A stretch of 64,000 nt of DNA from Dehalococcoidia bacterium (GTDB lineage Bacteria; Chloroflexota; Dehalococcoidia; UBA2979). The stretch is from assembly GCA_965219085.1 (NCBI GenBank), contig OZ244720.1, forward strand, positions 512,001 through 576,000, written 5' to 3'. Under the pieces are notes generated by a model, which was not told the DNA's origin, made no database searches, and saw only the letters and a program-made list of their open reading frames with translations. A program made the position numbers and the translations under genes. Below are positions 16,974 to 26,566 of this stretch, piece by piece. Numbering within the stretch: position 1 is the stretch's first letter; every line of letters begins with the position of its first letter.

Positions 16974-17756
16974 CTACTGCGCCGTCCAGCCGCCGTCGAC
17001 GGAGATGGCGGCGCCGGTGATCTGGGTGGCGGCGTCTGAGCACAGGAACACCGCGATCTGCGCGACCTGCTCGGGCTGGACGAACTCCAGCGAGGGCTGC
17101 TTCTCGGCGAGCAGTGCGCGTGCGCCCTCCTCGATCGACACGCCGAGGGTGTCCGCGCGCGCCTCGATCTGCCGCTCGATGAGTTCGGTGCGGACCCAGC
17201 CGGGGCAGATCGCGTTGCAGGTGATCGCCGACTGCGCCGTCTCAAGCGCCACGACCCTGGTCATGCCGACGAGGCCGTGCTTGGCGGCGATGTACGCGAC
17301 CTTCTCGACCGAGGCGACAAGCCCGTGCGCCGAGGCCGTGTTGATGACGCGGCCCCAGCCCGCCTCGCGCATCCCGGGCAGGAGGAGCCGCGTGGTGTGG
17401 AAGGCCGCGGAGAGGTTGACGGCGATGATGTCGTCCCAGCGCTCGACCGGGAACGCCTCGATCGGGGCGGTGTGCTGGATGCCCGCGTTGTTGACGAGGA
17501 CATCGACGCGCCCGAAGCGCTCGAGCGCCTCCCGCGCGAGCGACTCGATGGCCGTGGAGTCGCGCACGTCCGCGCCGCTGAACGCGACGTCGACATCGTA
17601 GTTCGTCTCGAAGTCGTCGCAGAGCTCGCGGATCGCGGCGGGGTCGCCGAGGCCGTGCAGCATGACGTTCGCGCCCTCGTCCGCGAGCGCGCGGGCGATG
17701 GCGAGCCCGATGCCGCTCGTGGAGCCCGTGACCAGGGCGGACTTGCCAGCCAGCAT
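16974..17756 (-). CDS. bdhA: 3-hydroxybutyrate dehydrogenase
   Basis: TGSTSGIG, NNAGIQH, SAHGLVAS...AYIAAKHG, ICPGWV, LLAEKQPS. Confidence 0.88.
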   Translation of the reverse strand: MLAGKSALVTGSTSGIGLAIARALADEGANVMLHGLGDPAAIRELCDDFETNYDVDVAFSGADVRDSTAIESLAREALERFGRVDVLVNNAGIQHTAPIEAFPVERWDDIIAVNLSAAFHTTRLLLPGMREAGWGRVINTASAHGLVASVEKVAYIAAKHGLVGMTRVVALETAQSAITCNAICPGWVRTELIERQIEARADTLGVSIEEGARALLAEKQPSLEFVQPEQVAQIAVFLCSDAATQITGAAISVDGGWTAQ

Positions 17757-18015
17757 CGATCCCCCTCGAGGCGATGGCGCGCCGGCCGGCGCAACGCGAC
17801 CGGGCGCGTTGCGGGAGCGCGTGGGGGACAAGCATGCCCGTCCCGCCGCCGGCCGTCATCCGGCGGGCAAGGATGTGGGGTGCGGGGCTAGTCTGAGTCG
17901 CGCGAGCGGCGGTCCCGGCGGCAGCGCGATGTTTGCGGGTCGTAAGAATTGACGCGTTATTTGCCGGGGGCGGGGAATTGGCCATCCCGCACGGGTGGGC
18001 TCGGCGGCGTGGGGG

Positions 18016-18387
18016 TCAGGCGTCGAGGGCTCGGAGCATGCGCTTCAGGGCCTGCATCCGGTAACTGTCGACGAGGTGTTCCTCGATCTCATCCCAGTCG
18101 ATCGGCTCGGTGAGGGGCAGCGTGAGCCAGCCGTGGTGGTGCATGTACGGGGTGGGGAAGTAGCGCCCGTCCTCGAGCAGCAGCTCGCGTGCGAACGGGT
18201 CGGCGCGGAACGAGACGCCCGGCACACCGTCGCTGACGCCGAAGATGGCGAACGGCTTCTTGCCGGCGCGGAACCACGGGTTGCCGAAGTTGATGGTCTC
18301 GCCCGCCTCGGGCAGCGCGAGGCAGATCGCGCGCAGCTCGTCCAGCAACTCGTCCCAGGGCTCCTCATCGAGTCGTTCGTGGACCAT
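18016..18387 (-). CDS. MmcQ/YjbR family protein
   Basis: LRAICLALPEA, FRAGKKPFA, PYMHHHGW, SYRMQA. Confidence 0.85.
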   Translation of the reverse strand: MVHERLDEEPWDELLDELRAICLALPEAGETINFGNPWFRAGKKPFAIFGVSDGVPGVSFRADPFARELLLEDGRYFPTPYMHHHGWLTLPLTEPIDWDEIEEHLVDSYRMQALKRMLRALDA

Positions 18388-18429
18388 GCGCCGATGCTAC
18401 CTGGCGCCGGTAGGCGTGGCACGCAACGA

Positions 18430-18456
18430 CGGAGGCCCGCCGACGGTGGGCCTCCG
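18430..18456. terminator. GC-rich stem-loop downstream of the HAD gene
   Basis: cggaggcccgcc-gac-ggtgggcctccg. Confidence 0.5.
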
Positions 18457-18479
18457 AGCGCGCGGATCGATGTCCGGAG

Positions 18480-18839
18480 CTATTCCGAGTTGGTGAACTC
18501 CAGCCAGGGCTCGAGTTCGGCCTCGGTGTGCCACCAGAAGCCGAAGTCGTTCTCCTTCGCGGCGCTTTCGTCCGTGTCGCGGTCGCCCATGTGGTAGTAG
18601 GCCTCGGCTTCGTCGAACTGTGCCTTGACCAACCCGAGCTGGTGCTTCGAGGCGACGAAGTCGGGCTCGATGTCGAGCGACGCCCACATGCGGCGCTGGC
18701 TGCTGAGCGGCCGGTCAGAGCAGCTGCCGACGATGAAGCCGAGGTCAATCGCCCGCCGGACCATCTCGATGGTGACGCCGCCGGGAGGATCTCCCAGTTC
18801 GAGCGTTCCGTCGATGTCAAAGCTCAGTAGGATCGCCAC
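18480..18839 (-). CDS. Minimal HAD-superfamily hydrolase
   Basis: SFDIDGTL (motif I), GSCSD, HMGDRDTD (motif IV). Confidence 0.8.
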   Translation of the reverse strand: MAILLSFDIDGTLELGDPPGGVTIEMVRRAIDLGFIVGSCSDRPLSSQRRMWASLDIEPDFVASKHQLGLVKAQFDEAEAYYHMGDRDTDESAAKENDFGFWWHTEAELEPWLEFTNSE

Positions 18840-18959
18840 TCAACACTCCCTGCCCTCGCGCACGTCGGACGAGTATCCCTAAGGAACCCGTAGGTCGCAA
18901 ACGGGGCGCGCCCCGATGTAGCGGAGCGCGCCCCGAATATCGTCGCCGAGAAACCGGCC

Positions 18960-20255
18960 CTAGTCGGGGCTGGTGCTGAACGCGATCGCCGCGGCATTGC
19001 TCGGGAGCACGCCGATCGTGACGGCGACCTCGGCCTTGATGTCGACCTGGCGGTCGCCGGCGCGGCCCTGCAGCTGCTCCATCGGGTCGGTGATGAAGAC
19101 CGTGCGCATGCGCCCCGTGCCCATGTTGCCGCCGCCCGAGTTGAGCGGGTTCGGCCCCTTGAGCGAGATGTCGTCGGCGTAGAAGTCGTGGGCTTCGCCA
19201 CGCTGCACCCCGCGCCACCCGAAGGCCTCGAGGAAGTACTGCGTGAACACCGCGAAGCCGTCGTACGGCGCGAACACGTCGATGTCCTCGGGCCGCAGAC
19301 CGGAGCCCGCGTACGACCGCTTTGCCTGGATGTCCGTCCACGCCTCGGTGTCGTCGAGGGTCTGGACCAGGCTGCGCGGCGTGAACGCGCTCTCGGTGTG
19401 GTCGAGGATGTAGACGGGCGTCTGCTTCATGTCCTTCGCGCGCTCGGCGGTGGTGATGATGTAGCAGGCGCCCGCCTGCACGGGCCGGTCGCAGTCGAAG
19501 ATGCTGAGATCGCGGGCGATCCAGCGGCCGTTGAGGTAGTCCTCGGTCGTGAACGGGCCCGGCTCGTGCTGCGCGTAGTAGCTGTAGGGCCAGAGCAGGC
19601 CGTTGGCGTGCTCCTGCACGACGAACGGCGCCATGCGCTCGTGGTTCGTCCCGTACTTGCGTCCGTACTGCTCGAAGACGAAGCCCTGACCGGACAGTCC
19701 CCAGCCCCACGGGCTCGACCATTGCGCGGGTCCGGGCGCGTCGAGGCTCGGGTTCTGGTGGTAGCGGCCCTCGATGTTGCCGTTCGGGTAGGGGACCAGG
19801 CAGACCTCGCAGCGGCCGTCGCCGACGGCCTGCGCGGCGAGGCCGATCAGGTTCCACACGGTCTCGCCGTGGGAGTTCAGGTAGGTGACGTTCTGCAGGT
19901 TCATCTGCTTCTGCACCCACTCCGCCGTCACGTACGTGAGGCCGTCCTCGCTGTCGTACGGGGCGTCGAAGAAGGGCCGCAGCGGCCCCCACTGCGAGCC
20001 GAGGCTCATGTGGGCGGGCTGCCCGCCGGCCGAGGTGACGATGCCGTCGATGTCGTCAGGTGTGATGCCGGCGTCGTCCATCGCGGCGCGGGCAGCCTCG
20101 ACGACGTAGGCGCCCAGCGACCTTTCCATGCTGACGCCGTCCCAGCGGCGGTCGGTGTTCTTCGTGTGGCCCGCGCCCGCGAGCACCACCTTGCCGCGGT
20201 GCTCCCAGATGCCGACCGGATCCTCGTTGCGCTCCCAGTGAATCGCGCGTGCCAT
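18960..20255 (-). CDS. Thiolase-like protein (SCP2/Ltp2-type)
   Basis: DAGITPDDIDG, IFDCD, PYDGF, NSGGG; AGGAGG RBS before ATG 20255. Confidence 0.85.
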   Translation of the reverse strand: MARAIHWERNEDPVGIWEHRGKVVLAGAGHTKNTDRRWDGVSMERSLGAYVVEAARAAMDDAGITPDDIDGIVTSAGGQPAHMSLGSQWGPLRPFFDAPYDSEDGLTYVTAEWVQKQMNLQNVTYLNSHGETVWNLIGLAAQAVGDGRCEVCLVPYPNGNIEGRYHQNPSLDAPGPAQWSSPWGWGLSGQGFVFEQYGRKYGTNHERMAPFVVQEHANGLLWPYSYYAQHEPGPFTTEDYLNGRWIARDLSIFDCDRPVQAGACYIITTAERAKDMKQTPVYILDHTESAFTPRSLVQTLDDTEAWTDIQAKRSYAGSGLRPEDIDVFAPYDGFAVFTQYFLEAFGWRGVQRGEAHDFYADDISLKGPNPLNSGGGNMGTGRMRTVFITDPMEQLQGRAGDRQVDIKAEVAVTIGVLPSNAAAIAFSTSPD

Positions 20256-20317
20256 GACTTGTGTCCTCCTGCGCTGCGTCTTTGCGTTGCGTGGTCCCGG
20301 CTGGCGGGCCGCTAGCT

Positions 20318-20728
20318 TTACTCGACGACCTTCCACTCCGGGATGAGCTGATCCGCGGAGACCTCGATAAAGTCGACCTCGACGGTTGCCCCAACGGGGA
20401 CCTCGCCGACGGGGACGCCGGGGAGGTTGGAGAAGAAGTTGATCTCGGGGTCTTCCTCGAGGGCCACGACGGCGTTGTTGAACGGCTGCTCTTCCTGCCA
20501 CGCCATGATCCGCGAGTCGTACGTGATCGAGTAGCCGACGATGGTGCCGCGGCCGCTGGTCTCCTGCCACTCGAGGTGGAACTGCCAGCCGCATTCGCGG
20601 CAGGTCGCCTCGGGCGGGTGTTGGTTGCGCTCGCACATGGTGCAGCGCTGGATGATGAGCCGGCGCTCGTTGCAGGCGTCCCAGAACGGCTTGCTGATGG
20701 CGTCCGCCACCGGAATCGGTCGAGGCAT
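20318..20728 (-). CDS. DUF35 Zn-ribbon/OB-fold protein
   Basis: PFWDAC, QRCTMC, PPEATCRECG, SGRGTI. Confidence 0.9.
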   Translation of the reverse strand: MPRPIPVADAISKPFWDACNERRLIIQRCTMCERNQHPPEATCRECGWQFHLEWQETSGRGTIVGYSITYDSRIMAWQEEQPFNNAVVALEEDPEINFFSNLPGVPVGEVPVGATVEVDFIEVSADQLIPEWKVVE

Positions 20729-20841
20729 GCTGCCCTCCTCGCTCGCTAGTACGTGCGAGGGTACAGCGCCGCAAGGGGTCGCGTCACATCGTCGAAGTGG
20801 TGACTGAGATCAGGCAGGCGTCACGCCCACGGTGTTCGAAG

Positions 20842-21060
20842 TCAGGCGGGGAGGACCCTGGCTTCGTACAGGTCCATTCGAGGGTCGCGCGTGACGAGCA
20901 GCAGGTTGTGGGCGAGCGCCTGGGCGATCAGCATCCGGTCGAACGGATCCCGATGGTGATCCGGCAGAGAGCCGGCCATGCGGGCGTCGGCGTGGGTGAT
21001 CGGGAGCGGCTCGAAGCCATCCGGGTGCAGGTCAAAGATGGCATCGTAGACGCTCAGCAG
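20842..21060 (-). pseudogene. vapC: VapC PIN toxin, C-terminal remnant
   Basis: LPITHADA...LPDHHRDPFDRMLIAQA...LVTRD present; the N-terminal LLDTH-type motif and a start codon are absent. Confidence 0.75.
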
Positions 21061-21260
21061 TCGGCCTGCCCGCCACCCCGAACGTCGAGGTTCCCCTCGA
21101 AGGCGGCGATGATGTCCTCGGGCGTGTCGTCGAAGTCCGGGTCGATCCGGATCTTTCCTGCCAGGCGGCCCGGCGTCCGGCGCTGCTGCGGCTTCGGGTG
21201 CGGCGCCAGCCGGCTTATCAGCTTGTCGGCCGTGCCCATCACCAACTCTTCCCGGGTCAT
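21054..21260 (-). pseudogene. Degenerate Phd/YefM-type (VapB) antitoxin
   Basis: RRTPGRLAGKIRIDPDFDDTPEDIIAAFEG tail typical of these antitoxins; N-terminus eroded. Confidence 0.65.
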
Positions 21261-21286
21261 CCGTCACACCCCCTGGCGGTCGATGG

Positions 21287-21844
21287 CTACTCGCGGTAGT
21301 CCGACAGTTGCACGATCCGGGCCTCATGGCCGTTCTCGTCTGTCTCCATGATCCCGACCATGCCCAACTCGCGGCGCTGGCGGGGGAGCGTCGGGCTGCC
21401 CGGGTTGACGAACAGGATGCCCTGGTGCCGCTCGACCATCGGGATGTGCGTGTCGCCGAAGACGACCGCCTCGACGCGTTCGCCGAAGAAGTGCTCCAGG
21501 TAGTCGGCCAGTGGCTCGTCATCGCCGACCTGGCGCTCCATGACGCCGGGCGCCACCTCGAAGCCGTGGCCCAGGATCACGAGGTCATGCACCAGCCCGA
21601 CCGGACGCCCGCCGACGTCGACGACGCGCTTGCGGGCGACCCGCGGATCGCCGAAGCATGGCGCGGGCGGCACCTCCACCGCGAGCACGGGCGCGATCTG
21701 CTCCAGCCAGTCCAGGCACATCGAGGAGTAGATGTCACCCGCGTGCAGGATCAGGTCTACGTCCGCGAATGCGAGCGCGACCTCCTCGGGCGGGTGCTTA
21801 CCCATCGCCGGGGAGTGCGTGTCCGAGATCAGGCCAGTCTTCAC
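21287..21844 (-). CDS. YfcE-type metallophosphoesterase
   Basis: ISDTH, LHAGD, VFGDTHIP, NPGS. Confidence 0.88.
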   Translation of the reverse strand: MKTGLISDTHSPAMGKHPPEEVALAFADVDLILHAGDIYSSMCLDWLEQIAPVLAVEVPPAPCFGDPRVARKRVVDVGGRPVGLVHDLVILGHGFEVAPGVMERQVGDDEPLADYLEHFFGERVEAVVFGDTHIPMVERHQGILFVNPGSPTLPRQRRELGMVGIMETDENGHEARIVQLSDYRE

Positions 21845-21953
21845 TGTGGCTCCTTACCGGGCCGCCGGCGCGTGGGTCTTGCAGTCCCCCACGAGGGCGG
21901 CCGTCCGCTCGCGGGTAGCTTCGCGTCCCGCGGGCGGACGCGCCACCGTCCCG

Positions 21954-22478
21954 CTACGCGTCCGGGAAGTCGTCGGCGTCGCGAATCGACCGGAACTGGT
22001 TGACGTGGTCGACGTCGTGGATGCGCTGGAAGATGTACCAGGCGCGGCAGTGCAGGTCGCCGAAGTTGCCGTGCGGGTGCGTCGGCTCCAGGTTGGCATC
22101 CTCGGGCAGCGCGGCCGCCAGCGTCCCGTACTGCGTGCCATTGCGCATCAGCTCGTCGCGCAGCTCCCCGAACGACAGCTCGGCGGGGTCCACCTCGTCG
22201 GCGGTGTCCGAGACCGTGACGCCCGAGAGGCGCTCGACGATGTGGAGCGTGGAGCGCGTGACGGCGATCTCGTGCCGGAGGCCTTCCATGATCGTCCACT
22301 CGTCGGCGGATGTTCGCGCCTCCGCCTGCTCGGCGGTGACGCCGTCGAGGGTCGCGATCAGGTCAAGGCGCGGGCGCGCCACGCGTGGCCACAGTTCGAG
22401 CCAGGAGTACTTCTCGCCCTGCCCTCGCAGGTAGTTGTGGACGTTGCGCTGTTCTTCGGTCAGTTCCATCGTGGTCAT
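21954..22478 (-). CDS. DinB family protein
   Basis: EWTIMEGLRH, HPHGNFGDL, HDVDHVNQ. Confidence 0.8.
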   Translation of the reverse strand: MTTMELTEEQRNVHNYLRGQGEKYSWLELWPRVARPRLDLIATLDGVTAEQAEARTSADEWTIMEGLRHEIAVTRSTLHIVERLSGVTVSDTADEVDPAELSFGELRDELMRNGTQYGTLAAALPEDANLEPTHPHGNFGDLHCRAWYIFQRIHDVDHVNQFRSIRDADDFPDA

Positions 22479-22579
22479 GGCAGTCTCCAGTAAACCGCTG
22501 AACGCGGGCGTGTGCCGCCCGCTTGTGCTGGCGCACTGATTCTAACCGCCCCGGAGCGCGTTCGTGCGAGGCGCGGTGT

Positions 22580-23623
22580 CTACCCGGCCACCTCGGCTTC
22601 CACCGCGGCGTTCAGGTCGAGCAGGCGGCCGAGGTCGTTCAGCATCTCGTCGATGTTGTCGCCGCGCAGGCCCACGCGCAGCGAGTCGATGCCGACGTCG
22701 CGGTACGCGCGGAGCCGCACCTTGATGTTCTCATCGTCGCCCAGCAGGTTGGTCTGGAGCGCGAGCGGGATCGGCACCAGGTCCTGCGCCTCGGCGCGTT
22801 GGCCGTTGATCCACAGCCGATGCACCTCGCGCACCTCCTCGAAGCCCTGCCGCGCGAACGCCTCGACGTAGAAGTTGCGGCCCGGCTCGCCCATCGCCCC
22901 GAACGTGAACGCGTAGCCGATGGCGTGCCGCTTCGCCAGCGCGTCGAGGTCGTCGTCGAACTCGAGGGTCACGGGGACCTGGAGTTCGAGGTCGTCGAGC
23001 GAGCGGCCGACGGACTCGGCGCCGGCCCGGATGTGGTCGAGGAATGCGCCGGCGGTCTCCGGCACGAAGCAGTTACCGATCCAGCCGTCGCAGAGCTCGC
23101 CGGTCATGCGCAGGTTCTGCGGGCCGACCGAGGCGACGTAGATGGGGAGGCGTCGTGCGCCGGCGCGGGTGCGCATCGGGCGCAACTCGTCGCGCAGCGG
23201 AATCTGGTGGATCTCGCCGTTGTAGACCACGCGCTCGCCGCTCTCGACGAGGCGGATGATCTCGATCAGCTCGCGCGAGCGGCGGATCGGGCGGGCGAAG
23301 GCGACGCCGTCCCATGCCTCCATGATCTGCGGCGTGCTGGTGCCGAGACCGAGCACGAAGCGGTCGTTGGTCATCGAGGCGAGCGCCATGGCGGTGCCCG
23401 CGGTCAGCGCCGGGCTGCGCGCGCCGATCTTCATGATGCTGGTGCCGAGGCGGATGGTGGAGGTCTGGCCGGCGAGGTAGGCGAGCGACGTGGCGCCGTC
23501 GAAGCCCCACGCCTCGCCGCTCCAGACGGAGTCGGCGCCGAGGCGTTCGGCCTCAAGCGTGAATGCGAGCGCGCTCTCCCAGTCATCGGGCGCGTTTCGA
23601 TGGAGGCCGACGCCAATCCGCAT
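22580..23623 (-). CDS. LLM-class (luciferase-like, probably F420-dependent) oxidoreductase
   Basis: AERLGADSVWSGEAWGFD, RLGTSI, RFVLGLGTS, GELCDGW. Confidence 0.9.
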   Translation of the reverse strand: MRIGVGLHRNAPDDWESALAFTLEAERLGADSVWSGEAWGFDGATSLAYLAGQTSTIRLGTSIMKIGARSPALTAGTAMALASMTNDRFVLGLGTSTPQIMEAWDGVAFARPIRRSRELIEIIRLVESGERVVYNGEIHQIPLRDELRPMRTRAGARRLPIYVASVGPQNLRMTGELCDGWIGNCFVPETAGAFLDHIRAGAESVGRSLDDLELQVPVTLEFDDDLDALAKRHAIGYAFTFGAMGEPGRNFYVEAFARQGFEEVREVHRLWINGQRAEAQDLVPIPLALQTNLLGDDENIKVRLRAYRDVGIDSLRVGLRGDNIDEMLNDLGRLLDLNAAVEAEVAG

Positions 23624-23913
23624 AGCTGGCTCCTGACTGCAATCGAGGGTGCTCGCGGCGATGATACAGGCGTCGCGCGGCGGCTGCGTCGGTGGCCCCC
23701 CCGTCTCACTCGTGTCGAGCGTTGTCTGGTTGACGCCCACCTCCGAGCCAGTCCACGGATGATCCTCGGCAGCATACCTGACGAAACCTCGATAAACCTC
23801 GCACTACCTCCAGAGCGTAGGTTGCACTAATATGAGTAAGTAGTCTCTACTGTGTTGTGACAAGAGTCAGAGCACGCCGTGCAGAGCGGCGACACGTATC
23901 TGGGTGGGTAGTC

Positions 23914-24981
23914 ATGACATTGAAAGTAGCCGAGTCGAACCTACTGCGCAGCCTGAGGCCGCGCGTGCTGCGGCGCGCCGCGCTCGGGTTGCTCATCGTG
24001 GGCTCCATCGCCGTAGCTGCGTTCCTGGTCGCGAGTTGCGGCGAAGACGATCAGACGGTCACGGTCTACTCGGGTCGCAGCGAGGCGCTGATTGGCCCGG
24101 TGCTTGAGCAGTTCGCGGAGGAGACCGGCATCGAAGTGGCTGTCCGCTACGCAGGTACGGCCGAACTCGCCACGCTGTTGATCGAGGAAGGTGACCGCTC
24201 GCCCGCCGACGTCTACATCGCCCAGGACGCGGGCGGACTCGGCGCGGTGCAGGCGGCGGGACTGTTCGCGGAACTCGACGAGGCAGTCCTCGAGCGAGTG
24301 GCGTCCGCCTACCGTTCCCGCGAGGGCCAGTGGGTCGGACTGTCGGGCCGTGTACGGGTCGTGGTCTACAACACGGACGCCGTGGATCCTTCGGAGCTAC
24401 CGGACTCGATCCTCGGCTTCACCGACCCGAAGTGGAAGGGGCGCATCGGCTGGGCGCCCACGAACGGCTCGTTCCAGGCCTTTGTGACGGCGTTGCGCGT
24501 CCACCTTGGCGAGGCGGGAGCGCGCGCGTGGCTCGAGGGCATCCTCGCGAACGATCCCGTCGAGTACCCGAAGAACACCCCCATCGTCGAGGCGGCGGGA
24601 CGGGGCGAGATCGACGTGGGGTTCGTGAACCACTACTACCTGCATCGCTTCCTTGCGGCGGAGGGGGAGGGTTTCAGCGCGCGCAACCACTACACGGGGC
24701 CGGGAGACGTCGGCACGCTTGTGAACGTGGCGGGCGCCGGCGTGCTGCGCAGCTCGCAGTCCCCTGATGCGGCGCAGCGCTTGATTGAGTTCCTGCTGAG
24801 CGAGGCTGCCCAGCGCCACTTCGCTGAGGAGAACGCGGAATACCCCCTGGTCGCCTCGGCGCCGGCGAGCGCAGATCTCCCGTCGATCGCCGCGCTTGAG
24901 CCGCCGCCGATTGACCTGAGCCGTCTCGAGGACATCGCGGGCACGCTGGAGCTGCTCCGCTCAGTGGGCGTGCTGCCGTAG
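23914..24981 (+). CDS. Fe(III)-type ABC substrate-binding lipoprotein (FutA/AfuA-like)
   Basis: Lipobox VASC, VTVYSGR, EEGDRSPADV, NHYY, EYPL. Confidence 0.85.
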   Translation: MTLKVAESNLLRSLRPRVLRRAALGLLIVGSIAVAAFLVASCGEDDQTVTVYSGRSEALIGPVLEQFAEETGIEVAVRYAGTAELATLLIEEGDRSPADVYIAQDAGGLGAVQAAGLFAELDEAVLERVASAYRSREGQWVGLSGRVRVVVYNTDAVDPSELPDSILGFTDPKWKGRIGWAPTNGSFQAFVTALRVHLGEAGARAWLEGILANDPVEYPKNTPIVEAAGRGEIDVGFVNHYYLHRFLAAEGEGFSARNHYTGPGDVGTLVNVAGAGVLRSSQSPDAAQRLIEFLLSEAAQRHFAEENAEYPLVASAPASADLPSIAALEPPPIDLSRLEDIAGTLELLRSVGVLP

Positions 24982-25140
24982 TCGGCGCGATCCGGCGGGC
25001 AGCGCGCCGGCGCCCGCCCGGATCAGGTTGGCGGCAGGCGCGGCTTCGTGGGGTTGAGCGCGGCGCGGCGGCTCTCGGCCACCCAGCACGGCGACACCGG
25101 GTTGCGGGTGACGGGGATGGCGGCTATGTTCCCGCTGGAA

Positions 25141-25152
25141 CCCCCCCCCCCC
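25141..25152. repeat. C12 homopolymer in intergenic region
   Basis: Twelve consecutive C residues. Confidence 0.9.
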
Positions 25153-25318
25153 GCAAGCACCGGACGCTGTGGTACGAACGTCGCGCGATCCGGTGCGGCG
25201 TGGGTGGAGGAAGAGACCTGCAACTCACCGCCCGAGTGTCGAGTCGTATGCCGCGCATACATCTTCGGCACGTCTGCGAGAGCCGCGGTCCCGGACCACT
25301 GGGTCGCCAAGGGGGGCC

Positions 25319-26458
25319 TTGAACAAGCTGCTGTCGACTCAGGGGAGGACGCTCCCGCGTCCCATTCGGGCGGCTCTTGTCGCGGTGATGCTGTATTTCT
25401 TTCTCGCCGGCGTCGCGGCGCTCGAACGGGGCATCAATCGACTCGGGGCCGATTTCCAGCACGAGCTGCTCGCGAGCGTGGACAACCCGCTGGCCGGCTT
25501 GTTCGCGGGGCTCCTCGCGACCGTGCTGGTGCAGTCCTCATCCGTGTCAACCTCGACGATCGTCGGGTTGGTGGGCGCGGGCGCGCTCACGGTGGACGCC
25601 GCCGTGCCGATGGTCCTCGGGGCGAACATCGGCACCACGATCACCGCCGCCCTGGCGTCGCTTGGATCGATCACCAGGACCGATGAGTTCCGGCGTGCGT
25701 TCGCGGCAGCGACCCAGCACGACTTCTTCAACATCATTGCGGTCGCCATCCTCCTGCCGTTGCAACTCACCACGGGATTCCTCTCGAATTCGGCGTCCTG
25801 GCTCGCCGACCAACTCGGCGGGAACATTGGCGGGGGCAAGACGCGCAGCCCTCTGAAGGAACTCGTCCGGGAGCCCGTGAACCAGATCGAGGCGCTGGTC
25901 GGCAGCATCGTCGATAGCGATCGTGTGTTGGGAGTGGTGTTGCTCGCGTTCGGGCTGCTGCTGATATTCGGGGCCCTGGCGTTCCTCACCATCAACCTGC
26001 GGCGATTGTTCGCCGAACGGATGGAGCGCTCGATCAACACAGCCGTCGCCCGTGGCAGCGGGCTTGTCGGGATGGGGATCGGAACCGTTACGACCATCGC
26101 CGTACAGTCATCCAGCATCACGACGTCGATGCTGATCCCGCTGGTCGGATCGAGAGTCCTGACCCTGCGCAACGCCTTCCCGATCACGCTCGGGGCCAAC
26201 CTCGGCACCACGGTTACCGCGCTCGTTGCGTCGCTGGCGGTCGACTTGCGCGCGGGCCTGGTGGTGGCGCTCACGCACACGTTGTTCAACATCACGGGGA
26301 TAGCACTCATCTACCCAGTGCCTGCGATTCGCGAGGTGCCGATCCGGCTCGCCGAGGGGCTCTCGAGTGTCGCGGCAACGCGGCCCCTGCTGGTCGCGGG
26401 GTACGTCGGCGGAACGTTCATCGTCATTCCGCTGCTTGGGATCATTCTCCTGCGGTAG
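25319..26458 (+). CDS. Na+/Pi cotransporter (NptA/NaPi-II family); start uncertain
   Basis: Two QSSS motifs with GANIGTT and GANLGTT; HDFFN. Confidence 0.9.
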   Translation: MNKLLSTQGRTLPRPIRAALVAVMLYFFLAGVAALERGINRLGADFQHELLASVDNPLAGLFAGLLATVLVQSSSVSTSTIVGLVGAGALTVDAAVPMVLGANIGTTITAALASLGSITRTDEFRRAFAAATQHDFFNIIAVAILLPLQLTTGFLSNSASWLADQLGGNIGGGKTRSPLKELVREPVNQIEALVGSIVDSDRVLGVVLLAFGLLLIFGALAFLTINLRRLFAERMERSINTAVARGSGLVGMGIGTVTTIAVQSSSITTSMLIPLVGSRVLTLRNAFPITLGANLGTTVTALVASLAVDLRAGLVVALTHTLFNITGIALIYPVPAIREVPIRLAEGLSSVAATRPLLVAGYVGGTFIVIPLLGIILLR

Positions 26459-26566
26459 CGCTCGATCGCGGGTGCTAACGGGCGCTGTGGGTGACGGCGA
26501 GCCACGGAGCCCGGCGGCATGGCGTGCCCGCATCGATCGCCGCGGGCGGACAGCGCCCGCGCCTGC

